From Amoebophrya sp. A120 (Eukaryota > Protista > Dinoflagellata): a stretch of DNA of 64,000 nucleotides. Where the stretch lies: positions 3,106,833 through 3,170,832 of the forward strand of contig CAJINV010000005.1 in the NCBI GenBank assembly GCA_905178155.1, read 5' to 3'. This document shows, piece after piece, positions 36,901 to 48,980 of the stretch; position 1 is the first letter of the stretch; the number at the start of each line of letters is the position of its first letter. The notes beneath the pieces were generated by a model. The model was not told where the DNA came from. It saw only the letters and a program-made list of their open reading frames with translations, and searched no databases. A program made the translations under genes and the position numbers.

Positions 36901-39900
36901 AGCGATGCCCAGTCGTCCATTTTTAAGTGGTAAAGAATCAGCATGACGATCTTGTTGATCGTGAATCATTTGAAGTCTTATTTGTTTCCAAGCTATATGT
37001 CCAAAAATAGCTCGTCGAGCGGCAGGGCAATGGTTTGAACCGTTTGGAATCTTGGGGCATCAACAGTCTGATTGCGGCCCACGCGGACGACCCGGCCCCC
37101 TGGATTTTCACCCACACGGACCGGTCAAAACTCCGGGGCCCCATGAAGATCGCGCTCGAAATCAACCCGAGCTGGATCGGCGGCAACGCCGAGCCGCCCC
37201 CCGGGGACGCCATCTCGGACCTGGAGATCAAGGGCTTTTCCCGCGTCTCCGGGACCTACAGTTTCCTCCCCTTCCCGCCGAAAGAGGCGCCCGAGGAAAG
37301 CATGAAACCAGGGCAGAAAAAAAACCGCGAGTACATGGAAACCAGGACGGGTATAGAAGTGCTGTTGGAACAGCTGTTTTTTCTTTTTTATGGATGATAT
37401 GAGTGGGCACGAGCTCGTGCTTGCCGATCGTGATTACTGAACTGCATCAAGACCATGTAGTACGTTGATTTATTGAAATTGAAATCATATGAAAAATGAT
37501 CTCTCGCCGTCCACTCACAGCGTTGCAAGCTACGGGCGCCGGCTTGGATTTTCACTTCCAGCTAATCGGGAAGGGGAAGTCAACATCGGGCGTGTTAGGG
37601 AAGAAGCCAGAGGGAAACTATCGGTTAATGAATACTCTCCGATTTTCGTACGATAAGGCCCACAAGGTGCGCAACTCCTTACTCTTCAAATCTGCGGCGT
37701 CGAGCAGCAGTAGCTCGTTTCTGGAACAAAATACAAACGAGATGAATGCAGCTCTTCCCAGGAGTTCAAAACTACTATCAGAAGACGAGGACGGCGAATT
37801 GCGCATAGAAGAAAATCATCGAGCGATGGAACAAGAAGAATCAACGGCTTCGACCCCGCCGTCTTCGTTTGCTTCGTCCAAGAGAAACAAAAAGGCCGGC
37901 AACCTGCGCGGGGCGGGCAAGAGGAAAAGTGAAATAGAAAAAGACGAGTCGCCGCTGCTGCTTTCCTCAACTTCAGTCTCCGTCTCGAACCATGATGAAA
38001 TAGAACCAGCATCGTTGTCCTTGTCCTCCGACTCCGGTGGACGATCTTCTGTTTCGAGCTCCGTCCTAGAACTCGCCGAGGAGCAAAAGCCACTCACCGG
38101 CTCGTTCGGGAGCAGCAAAGCCAGCTCGTTCGGGATTTTGGGGGGGAAGGGCAGCGACGAGAAGCAGTACCAGTGGGCAATCCAGCAGTGGTAGGCATCG
38201 CAAATGTAGTGTCTGGGTCTGGAAATAAAAAGCCAAAGTTTAATTATTGCCACGCAGGTTTTCGTTTTGCATGGCCCCCGCTCGGAAGGTCTGAATCCGG
38301 GGACGAGCATCACAAGTTTTGTGAGGGCTTTGTACTCCCTGGTTTGCATGAGAAATGGCCCTTCATGGTGGTCCAAAGTCTGCAGCTTCTACTACTTACG
38401 CATGGCAGATTTTTGTGCGACCGAAAGAGAGCGTCACAAGTGTCCTCCTTTCCGGACCCAGATATATTTGCATTCGATAGGCGGAAATCGAACAAATGGG
38501 TGGACATGGTAATCCTGCAGGCGGTATCAAGTGCAACTATGTCTGCGTCTGGATCAGGAAGATTGCAAGACGGGTACGAACAGAAAAATCTGTCATGCGT
38601 GTTGTTTGTCATGCTCATGCAAAAACGCAGCTATTCGTATGTAGTGAGGTCACCGAACGGCTCTAACCAGGGAGTTTTTTTGACAGCCAGACAGCAAAAC
38701 GGCCGCCAGTTTTCAAGCGGGCGGAAGCGTTTTTGGACATAAAAAATTTTCAATTATCAAGCGGCCGGGGCTTTGTTGTCAAACAAGCCCGAGCCAATTC
38801 TATCGATTCGCACTGGATAAAACGACGCTGGGGAGCCGGCAAAAGGCGCGCCCTTTTGAGGCGCCCGCCGCCTTGGTTTCTGGCGATTTGGGGCGCCCAA
38901 AAAGGGGCGCGCAAAAAACGCGCCCAAAATCAGAACAGCGAAACAGCATGGCACGGCCGCGATTTCGGAGCATTTTATTGGGCGGCCGCTTTCGCGGCCG
39001 CCTTTTCGCCGGTTTCAGAGCCTGGGAAGCTTTGCAAAAAGCGCCGGCGTGAAAAATAAAAACGCGAAAAAGAAGAAACGCCGAAGACGCGCAATGCCAA
39101 TCCGCATGCTATGGGCCCGATTTTTCTTCGCTTTTTGGGCGCCCCCCCTGGCACCCGGATCGGCCCCATAGCATGGGGGCTGGCCTTCGCAAAGGAATTT
39201 CGGAAATTTGCCAAAATTTGCGACGTTTATCAAGCGGCCGCCATACCGTGCGGCCTAACGTTACTCACGGCGGTATGGCGAGCCCAGAAAAAGCAAAGCC
39301 GCGGCCAAGGCGATGGCCGGCAAGAAAACGCCCACGACCTCACTACCTCCGCCCCGGCGGCTATATTTGGTAACGCAGCACTCACATGAAGATGGTAACC
39401 GTGTTGACTTTAAAGTTTGTCACAGACTTGCGCACATCACATGAGTGCAAAACAAGCTTCCCGACGAGGCAGATCGATATTTGCAGTGCATAGGCGGAAA
39501 GAAAAGGGCAAAAGAACGACCAGTTTTCCTTCAACATTGGGCGCAACTTGATCAAGTCCGGGGGCAAGACGCCCCTCTTCGAGCCGTCCCTGAGCAACAA
39601 AGAGATGCACTACCCCGCGTTTTTTGCGACCAACCACTGGCCGGACAGCGGCGGCAGTTGGACGGTGACCGACGCGGCTCTGGGCTTCATGAGCCTCACG
39701 GGTTCCTCCGCGAAGCAAGAGCTCACCTTCGAGCCCCAGGTGGAAGACGGGATCGACACGGAAGAGATTATCGAACAACGCGGCGGAAGCACCATGGGAG
39801 GTTCGCAGAGGGTCTCCCACTCCTCCTCAACCAGGTCGCGGGCGATGAGCAGCCGGCAGCAGGAGTTCGAGCAGGTGGTTCCGTTCAACTCGCCGCAAAG

Positions 39901-42863
39901 TGTATGCGAGAAAAGAACTGTGTAAGTGTAAGTCTGTGATGCAGAAAATGCAAAACAGTATAATTTTGTTATGCTGGCCAGCCAGGGTGTCCTCTTTTCA
40001 TACGTGTTTTCACGTACTAGCTGTGCATGACAGGACTTGTCTGTCATGCAGAGCGAATTTGTAATGCTGTCACCTGAAGAGGAAGACACCTACACTAACA
40101 CAGTTTTTTTCTTGCATAAAGTGCCTGCTGTCTGGAGCTGGACGTTGGAGTAGACCACAAAGAGCAAGGAGAAGAAGAAAATAACGCGCAGGTGGGCATA
40201 GAGCATGGCGTAGAAGATGTGAACAACAACAGGATCATCGGTGGCGTTGGCATCGCAGCCCCGGTTAATGACAATGAAGCCCAACAAGACGGTCGTGTGC
40301 TGCAACCGGATCTTCAGGCGAACGACGTGGAGGTACCTCCTCTTCGAAGCGGACAAAGGAAATCAGCACTAGAATCTGATGACGACGACGAGAAGAACAA
40401 GAATGAAGCGGAAATGAAAATAACTCGGGCAGGACGAGAGGAGGCGGCAGCGTCCTCGTTTGCGGAAAAGAGTGGTGAACAAGTCAAACAACCGGTAGAG
40501 GACAAACACCAACTAACCGCACCAGTTGTCGGAACTACAGCAACTACAGGCAGGAGTAGCTCGTCTACTTCATCTGCCGCCTATAAGAATTTCGCCGAGC
40601 AACGCACTGTGGAGGTGCCCGAGGTACCACCTTCGCCAAGTAGATCTGCAGCTCCTTCGTCGATTGAGCCCGGCGACTTACGAGGAACCAGCAGCAGCAG
40701 CGGACAAGATGATAGTCGTCCCACTGACGCTGGTCCGGCGACTGCTGCTCTGAACATCAAGCAGTCTCATGGTGCCAACGACCTCCAGGAGCTAGATCAC
40801 CCGGAAAGCAGCGACAGTGGGGGTGCTGCAGCAAATACGGAGGGAGCATCTCTCGAAACTCCAGTCCGATTGCTCTCCCCGGAACACATTGCGAGTTACG
40901 AAAACGTATGAATTGCAAAAATGTCTGGGTCTGGAAGATTGCCAGATTTGTCATGCAGGTTTTCCATAACCCATGAGGTTTAATATGTAGGACATAGCAT
41001 GACAGATTCTGCAAAACCTTTCCAATGCCTATCCTGCATGAGAAACTTCCTCTCGATTAGGTCAAAAGTGCACAACTTTTGGCAATCACGCAACACAGTT
41101 TTTTGCCTGATTCAGATTTAGCATGACAAGTTGCATTCTTCCAGACCCAGACATTTTTGCATTTGATAAAACGTGTTTGCCGAGGCCGTGTTGACGGTGG
41201 ATGGGGAGAAGAGCTTGGAGAATTTGGGCGTGGTGCTGAACAAAAGGACCAGCACGTATCGCAAGAAAAAAGTGTTACAGTTACACATTGTGTTGCAGGC
41301 CAAGCAAGACAGACAAGCTCTGTCATGTCGGATATGCATAGGATCCTCGTTTCATAGGTGTTTTCCCGTGGGATTTCTGCAATACAAGTTTTTTCTCTCA
41401 TGCAGAGAAATTTGTGTTGCTGAATTCACTACAAATGTGTAACTGTAAGGCTTTTTTCGTGGGATAGCACGGGCAAGAAGTTCTTTAACGATGCAAAATT
41501 CAACGATGAAGGTGATCATGAAAAAGCGTACTACAATAACGCAAAGTCACAACAAGCTTCTTCCTCCTCTTCCTCGACGTCCACAGGCATACCGAGCGGC
41601 AGTACGACTCCGTCTGGAGTAGGAAAATCCTCGTCCTCTCAGAACAAAAGGCCCGGGAGCCCCGGCGAAGAAGCTGCCGCTGGGACTGAGGATGCCTTCG
41701 CAGAGGTACAAGTACCGAAAATGCAGCCACCAGAAGCAGAACAAGCGGGTGGTAGCAGCAGCAGCACCACAACCTCCGAAGCAGTTAAGTCTGCGCCTGA
41801 TTCGGGCAAAAGTATTAAGCCACCAGAACTACAAACATCAAAACGGAGTAAACTACAGCCCCCGTCCGTTCCGAGCATGAAAATGTTCAGCGGGGGAGCT
41901 ACAACGACCGGCGCGGCGCATGCGCAGGTAAATCAAGACCAGCGAGCGCTGCAGTTGTCATTCTCACCGACGACGGACTGGGTGGACGATGTGAATTTTT
42001 GGATGACGGAGTACTGGACCGTGGTGCTGGCGCTGGGGATCCCGGCAATCATTCTCTTTGTACTCTTCCGCAACCGCAGGTGGGCGAGGACGTGGGAAAT
42101 AGTCGAGCAGGAGACAAGAAAGTCGAAACAAGACACTCGATATTTTTCACAAAGACCAGCAAATGGTGCAGCAACCGATTTGCTAGTAGAGGACGAGGAC
42201 GAAGTAGTAGATGACAGGAGAATTATGAACATCAAAGCGAAAAGTAGCAAAGAAAAAAAGGCTTCGAAAGATAGGCAGAAAAGGAATCATTTTTCCGAGG
42301 ATGATAACCTGAACTCCTCCTCCTCCTCCGTCGGTGCTTCCTCCTCCACTAGGGGACGAAATCATACGGGCAGTTCTGCGCTGCAAGGCCTCTTCGCTGG
42401 ATCATACAGCACGACTCCTTCGACCGCGGTGACGCCACGGAAACTGGACATCACGTCGAGCAGCGAGGACGGTGGAAGTAGATCCACTCTATTCGGGAGC
42501 TTTCTCAACAGCATCGGCAAAAAGATCAGTAGTGCTGGCGGTAGTCCGCGTGATCATAGTCGTGGGTCGACATCTTCGTCTAATATGCAGGGCGGAGTTG
42601 TTGATCAGCCCGGAGAGGAACTACATCGTCAAACTGGTCCCCCTGGTGAACACGACGCAAACGAATCCTCGCCCTCACCGTCTCCTGTTGCGTCCTCGTC
42701 CGAGCCGTGCGAGGAAAATGATCCTGCTGAAGCAAGCGACAGCGAAGAAGAAGATGAGGAGCAAGATAACACGATGCTGTCGAGCGTTGGGCATTTGTCT
42801 CCCATCGCTAACGCGGAGGACGAACGGCCAACGCCGCTGCGGACCTGGCGGGACATCGCTTAA
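33932..42863 (+). CDS. Very large multi-exon, probable single-pass membrane protein; frame reconstructed from ~37010 to 42863, 5' exons and their linkage tentative (may be two genes)
   Basis: Hydrophobic N-terminus, acidic/Ser-rich tracts, TM segment YWTVVLALGIPAIILFVLF followed by RNRR; joins ETRT-ALQATG (GT-AG), AIQQW-KSNKW, LQA-ERKGQ, PQS-ACCLE, YEN-VFAE, RTST-GKKF. Confidence 0.55.
34777..35132. mobile_element. Probable degenerate introner intron
   Basis: Weak TIR TATCCGACGGAAAAAGTG vs revcomp TATGCCTTGAAAAAATG; flanks GGCAA/CTTAA; join PWQ-IRVSRPG is open. Confidence 0.5.
38192..38479. mobile_element. Introner/MITE intron, family A
   Basis: TAGGCATCGCAAATGTAGTGTCTGGGTCTGGAAA...TTTCCGGACCCAGATATATTTGCATTCGATA; flanks AGTGG/GGCGG. 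Confidence 0.8.
38525..39492. mobile_element. Family A-like introner carrying a nested insertion
   Basis: TATCAAGTGCAACTATGTCTGC...GCAGATCGATATTTGCAGTGCATA; perfect TSD GGCGG; removal restores frame. Confidence 0.8.
38644..39343. mobile_element. Nested GC-rich MITE with short TIRs and possible TA target duplication
   Basis: GTAGTGAGGTC (38641-38651) and GACCTCACTAC (39336-39346) are perfect inverted repeats; internal repeat TTATCAAGCGGCCG occurs twice. Confidence 0.65.
39903..40118. mobile_element. Introner/MITE intron, subfamily B-like
   Basis: TATGCGAGAAAAGAACTGTGT...ACACAGTTTTTTTCTTGCATA; perfect TSD AAGTG. Confidence 0.85.
40907..41168. mobile_element. Introner/MITE intron, family A (reverse orientation, 262 bp)
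   Basis: TIR TATGAATTGCAAAAATGTCTGGGTCTGGAAGA; perfect TSD AAACG. Confidence 0.9.
41257..41466. mobile_element. Introner/MITE intron, subfamily B-like
   Basis: TATCGCAAGAAAAAAGTGTTACAGTTACA...TGTAACTGTAAGGCTTTTTTCGTGGGATA; perfect TSD GCACG. Confidence 0.85.
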
Positions 42864-43989
42864 GGAACATACTTATTTACACGGCGGGGGAAAGCAGCAT
42901 CGTATATAACGCAAGCGACTGCTAGCTCTCATTTCTGATGAGCAAAAGTTGTCATCGTTCCTTATCCTTCGTCCAGCAACGAATCAAAAATTAATTGATG
43001 ACTTTTGTTTTCCTGTCTTGTTTTCGGAAGTAGAGTTTTCTCTGAATATCAATATCATCTAAGATAATTGTCAATGAACCAGAACCAGAACTATACGCTT
43101 TTACATTACATTTCGGCCGATGGATCTGATTCTGAATTTGTTCGAATTTACGATTGTATCTATCTGAGGATATTGAATCTGTAGGATGAAGTTACATGTG
43201 CCGAGGAAAATATGCGTTAGAAATTTAGTCAAACGAAATAGAGGAAAGCGATGGAGGCGAAACTTGCTCCCTTTTTTTTGCCTAGCAAGCAGCAGCAAAC
43301 TTGTAAGATTTAGTGATGGTGAAGATAGAAATCGGAATCTATACCAAAAGAAACGAAAAAAGAGGAGTCCTTTTTCGAGTGCTGCGCGCGGATAGTGGTC
43401 CTCGAGCAGGATGATGATAGATTCTCTGCTGCTGCTGCTGCTATGCCTACCTTCCTGCGTTCCAAAACTTGCGCTTCTTCATACAGTAAGTTTGAAGAGA
43501 TGAACGTGAACGGATTTACTGCTTCAGCATCGTTGATCTCGATCGCTCGCACTCGCTCCGAGGAGGAACTCAAATGGCGGTAGGATGGAGAAGGTCGCAA
43601 ATTAAAAACACTGCATTCGCAACATGTATCAGGCGCTAGACTTGGAGTGGAGTCGTCATCGTCCGGTCGTATGTTTTTGAATTTCGGACACTAAATTCGA
43701 ACAAATTTTCTTTCGTCTATCCTCGTTTGTGTGTCGTCTGCGCTGTCGTCTTTGCGTCGTTGAAGCATGAGGGATTTTTACATGTCGAAGCAGTTGTTGT
43801 GTCGCATGAATTCTTTTCCTGGGGCGGTAAGCAAGTATCTATTGGCAGCAACAGCATTTATGACGCAGTACTTTGTTCGGCAGTACCGAAGTTATTTTTG
43901 TAAACTGCATTTTATATTCATTTCATCAACAGCATCGGTCGGAGCTCTTGTGTATCTGGTGTGCCTGAACCTGCATCGCAGGGTGCAAA

Positions 43990-46900
43990 ATGGACGACTT
44001 CATCGTCTTCTTTGACACCGACGGCCGCCATGAGGGACAAGAGCCAGCGCCTGTGGCGAAGAAAATCTTGCGGCAAGATCAAACTTCCCGTCCCAGCACT
44101 GCACGCGACGAAACTACAAAAACAAAATGCCACAACACGATACCTCACCTAGAGCCGGACGAGACGGTTGAAATCAAAATTTATCTCGATGCGGCAGAAA
44201 GCACGTCAATACCACGTGGTCAAGTGCACGAGCCACCTATTTTATTACCAAGCTCGGCTTCGGCTTTCTCATTGCAGGAAAAGCTGCCTCGCGACCACAC
44301 GGCGTTGACGCTTGATCACGAAGATGGTGCCAAGAGCAAAGCCACGTCCGCACGAAAAACGGATGGAGATGAGAAAAAGCCCGTCGCTGTAAAACTGAAT
44401 AGAGAAAAGTTCATTCCAACAGAAACTACTACACGCGCAAATCATGGTACTAAGGCTGTCTCACGACAAATTCTGCCTGCTTCGCCCACCCGTGTTTCCT
44501 CCTTGCCTCCAGCCTCCGCTCGTGTGAAACGGAACCGAAAGCGCTACTTCTGCTACCGCACAATCGAGTTTCTGCTCTACGACAGGGACGACGAGAAGAA
44601 GTGTTCTTTTGAAGATGGACAAGCTGGATTTCACTATCGCGATCTGGAGCTCGGGGAAGGAACAGGAGTAGGTCATATCGACGACGACGATGTTGAAAGC
44701 GAAGCCTGCAAAAAGACGCAAAATGCCTGGTTCGCGCAGAGCGTCATCAACCCAGGGAAAATAAAACCAGCAGCAAAAAGTAGAACTACAACAAAAAATA
44801 CAGAAAACAAAGGACACGACCAGCACCCGTTCGCGTTCCTGCGGAATTTCCTTTTCCTCCAGACGCTGAACCTGAGTATTCTGTTCCACATGATCAAAAG
44901 TAGCTTCATCAACGTCGACGCGATGTATGGTTTTCATCCGCAAGGCCTGTTCAGCAACGTCTTTACTTTTGCTAAGCATAAAGCCGCAACCTCGTTTCTC
45001 GCGGTCCGGACCGCGTTTCCCGCAGCCGCGGCGATGTTGCAGAAGCAGATGCAAAAAGAGGCGTTGGAGAAGCTGATGAACACAGTGAAACAATTCACGC
45101 TGGCGGAAATGAAAAAAAAAGCCAAGACGGCGGCAAAAGCGGCGGTGAACCAGGCCAAAAAGGCGGTAAAGAACGCAGCGAAGAGCGTGGCGGACTCCGC
45201 CAAGCGGAAGGCGAAGGCTGTGGTTGCGAAGGGCAAGGCCGTCGTGAAAGCGGTGAAGGCGGCTCCCGGGAAGGCTCTGAAGGCGATGAAAAGCGGTGCG
45301 GCAAAGGGCGCGAAGGCCGTGAAGGCAGGGGCCACGAAGGCCTTGGCTAAGGCCAAATACGCGGCGGGGGCGCCCCGAAGGTTTATGAGCCAGAAAAAGC
45401 AGGCCTTTAAGGACATGATGGCACGACGAGTCGCGAGAAACGCGCAGAAGAAAGTGGAGAAGGAGCAGAGGAAGGCCGCGAAGGCGGCCGCGAAAGCAGC
45501 GGCGAAGGCACTGAAGGCGTCGCGGCCGCCGAAACCGCCCCTGGGCACGCGGTTGAAGGGCGGCTTGAAGGCCGTCGGCGGAAAGGCAAAAGCCGGGATG
45601 AAGTTCCTCGGCAACAAGACGGCGGCCGGCGCGAGGGCCGCGGGTGGGAAAGTCAAGGGAGGCGCAAAGTTTGTCGGCGGGAAAGTCAAGGGAGGCGCCA
45701 AGTTTGCCGCAGCAAAGGCGAAGGCTGGTGCGGTAAAGGTGAAGGCGGCCGTCACCGGGGCGTACGCAAAGACTAAGGGTGCAATAACGGCGAAAGCGGT
45801 GGCGGCCTCGAACGCTTTGAAGGCCGTAAAGATGTACCGGAAGCAACACGGGATCGTCAGGACGGTGGGAAAGGGCATCGTGCTCGGAGCGAAGGGCACC
45901 GCCAAAGCCGCAAAGGCATCGGCCAAGGCCGTGCAGCGGGCGGCAAAGGCAGCCTACCGGGCCGGGCAAGCCGCCCACCGCGGCGCCACGAAGGCAACTA
46001 ACGGAGTCATCAAGGCAGCCGCGGCCGCGAAGCGCACCGCGAAACTCGTGCAGGCCAAGGCGGTCAAGTTCGGCGCCAAGGTGAAAGCGGTGACCGGTGG
46101 TGCCGCCAAAGGAAAGAAAGCCGCGGCGGCCGGTGGCGGCTTGTTCGCCAAAGTGAAGAAGGTGGCGAGCAAAATATCCGAATGAAATTAATAGAATGTT
46201 GTTGAAATTGTGTATATGCCAATGAATCATCGAGTGTTACCCATGCCCTTGGCCCCCGTGATGCAAATGTGTATGATGAGCAGTATGCGGATGTTACGAT
46301 CTGATTATCCTGCTGCACCAGCAGGTCTAGTAGATAAATGCCTACATGATCTCTAGCCAAAAATAGAAATAAGCTGCACAGCACAGTATAATTTCAGCAA
46401 CATTTTTCCTCGTGACGCAAAACTGGCGTGACGAGAATCTTCGAGCTGCAAGAAGCTCTGTGCGGGAGCAACGACCGAAACTTCGGGGCTATCATGGGCC
46501 TGCACCCCTGCAAGTCCGTGGAGGAAAAGTCCTGCAACTTGGTCGGCGCTATGTGTGCACAGGTAGATATAATTTGATCATAGTACGTGTACGATGCACA
46601 GGTGTAATAATGTAGTGAGAGTAGGTTAATACTAATATTAGGCACCTTCTTATTCTTTTGCCTCGGCATCACAGGCAAAACGCCCCAACTACTGCTTTTA
46701 AATCCAGGTGCCGAAAAAGCTTTTTCCTCGAATGACCGACGGGATGCGCACGAAGGTGGGGAAAAAGTGCAACACCAACGACATCACGCTCGGGGTGCCC
46801 CAGCAGATGCCCGACCACAACTGCAACGCACGGTTTCTGGACATGCCGTACATGATGAAGAACGCGGTCGCGGATTTTCAGGGCAGCGTTTACACGATGA

Positions 46901-48146
46901 TCAAGAGCAACTACTACCTCAACGCGGCCGCCCAGCTTGCGGGCATCACAAAATTCCCCGTCGACGCCACCCCGGCGCAAACCGTGTGGGGCACCGCGAT
47001 TCACGGCAAGACCGGCTCGTGGTCGATGGACAGCGGAACCCCGGAGATCTACGACCACATCTACCGAGTCCCGCAGTACCTATCAAATTTTGCAACATTG
47101 GCGTGGTGGTACTGTATGATGAAAGTACATCAAGAAAAATTAAGCTTTTTACATCGCCTCTACAATGCCGGTCGTCTTCACGAAGCTGTGTACGAGACGA
47201 GATGTAGTTGGGAAAAGAAAGGGACGCATAATATCACATCCCAACAATATGTTTTTTTTGCATGGTCATACCTTCAACCTCTACGTCTACCGCCACGCCA
47301 CATATTTGAAATCGATACCCTTTACCCGGCTTCCCCCCTGCTATGCTGGAAAAGGCGATCCCGAAGGCGATGAAAATCATGGCCGGCGAGCTGGAGTACG
47401 GCTACGTCGGCAAATATGGGAGTGTCAGGATCGAAATCGTCAAAGTTGAAATAATCTGTAATGCAAAAAAGCGATACCAGCTGGAGCCCAGTTTGCAAGT
47501 GGCGCATGACAAATTTTGGCAGCATGGAGATCCAATTTACCATGCTGTTTGAGCAGAGAAGACTGCTTTTGTCATGTTATTCTAACAGCTCTATCTCACA
47601 CCCCAAACAGGCTTATAATCGGCCTGAGTTGCCTGCTCTGCAAGACAGGCACTTTGCGTCTAGCATTTTATGCATCACAAACTATTTCAACTTTGACGAT
47701 TTCAATCCTGACGCTTCCATAGCAAAGACGACACCTACATTTGCGACTCCCGCGACAACCCGAGCCAGTGCGCCTTGATCGGTGGGGACCTGTGGAAATG
47801 CCTCAAACACTACGACGCCAAGAAGTGCCACTTTTGCGAGAACGCGGGTGACTCGCTGCGGTGCGAGGTAAGGGGATGGAACTCGCACGGGGAGTTCTGG
47901 GAGCGCGTGCCCATCTACCCCCGGGACGTGCTGGGCGAGATGTTCCGCGACGAGTGGCGCGACTTCTACGCCCGACCGCTCATGACGCAGGTGGACATTC
48001 CGAAGTCGATCACGCGGAACGTGACTAACTTCAAAACTCTGCCCTGGTACATGGTGCAGGACGCCGCGCCGGAATACGACCTAAAGTCCCGCATGTACCT
48101 GTTTCCCTTCGCCGAGGCCACGCCGACGAAGGTGCTGATGCGATAA
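43990..48146 (+). CDS. Hypothetical protein with a ~350-aa Lys/Ala-rich basic region and a Cys-containing globular C-terminal part
   Basis: 731-codon ORF continued via 46175-46417, a GT-AG intron 46563-46707, 47081-47317 and 47415-47721 (joins VASK-TGVTRIFE, MCAQ-VPKKL, YVGK-DDTYIC). Confidence 0.7.
46175..46417. mobile_element. Degenerate introner intron
   Basis: AATGTTGTTGAAATT vs AATTTCAGCAACATT inverted; perfect TSD CAAAA; right terminus eroded (GTGACG). Confidence 0.65.
47081..47317. mobile_element. Degenerate introner intron
   Basis: TATCAAATTTTGCAACATTGGCGTGG...CCACGCCACATATTTGAAATCGATA; TSD not clear; frame restored. Confidence 0.6.
47415..47721. mobile_element. Introner/MITE intron with a long (~55 bp) distinct TIR
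   Basis: Left TATGGGAGTGTCAGGATCGAAATCGTCAAAGTTGAAATA vs right revcomp TATGGAAGCGTCAGGATTGAAATCGTCAAAGTTGAAATA; perfect TSD GCAAA. Confidence 0.9.
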
Positions 48147-48980
48147 TTTTTCGCTACCGCTTTCGTCGTACTAAAAGTAAAACCAACCAAGTTGCATTTG
48201 CAAAATGAAAGGAAAATTGAATCCTACGTACGTGCTGCTCGCGTGAAGTTGTGACACCTAGTCCACTATAATTGATGAGTGCTATAATTCAATCTTACGT
48301 TTGCGTTTCTGAATTCAGTACGAGAACTACAACAGTTTCTTGTTTCTCGGTACTGTTGCTCTTTGTTCGACAAGGAGAAGGACAGTAGAACTTCGCTTCT
48401 TCCGTATACAACTGTTTCGGATTTTTGTAGAAGAACGTAAATAAGAAAGACAGATGAATCGACACGGTTTCGTAAGAAAAATAAACTGATACAGAGGAAA
48501 GCAAAAAAAAGAAACACACTGGTAGCTGGACTCTTAGTCGATGTTATTCGACATACCACTTCCTGTTCTCGCCGCTATTGCGTAGCAGCCCTACATTTGC
48601 TTTAACGAAGACATGCGGATGTTGCAACTGCCGCACAAAAAAGTAAGTACGTGCATTTGATAGCCAAGGTGCATCGTATCTATCAGCATAAAATAGTGAA
48701 CTACAGGTGGAGAGAGTGAGACAAGAGAAGCTTTTTCAGGACGAGACGCTTGTGAAAAGCGAGTGATGTCTGTTAAAACTAGCCCACAAATACGGAACAG
48801 AATAGGAAAACAATTTTTCAAGCGTTTAGTTTCTTATAACTCGCGCTGGCACTCGCAGCTCCCCCACCTGAAAGGATATCAAGGAATGTGTTGCTCCTAC
48901 TTGTTCTCACGTACCCAACTGCAACTACTAGAACCTTAACCTCGCTACAACACCCCCACCACGCCTTTTTCGATTAAAAG

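Noticed and set aside
44461-46230. Long - strand ORFs of 589 aa and 330 aa
   Set aside because: They are antisense shadows of the GC-rich Lys/Ala codon tract; the same applies to 20915-21841 and other - strand ORFs overlapping + strand genes.
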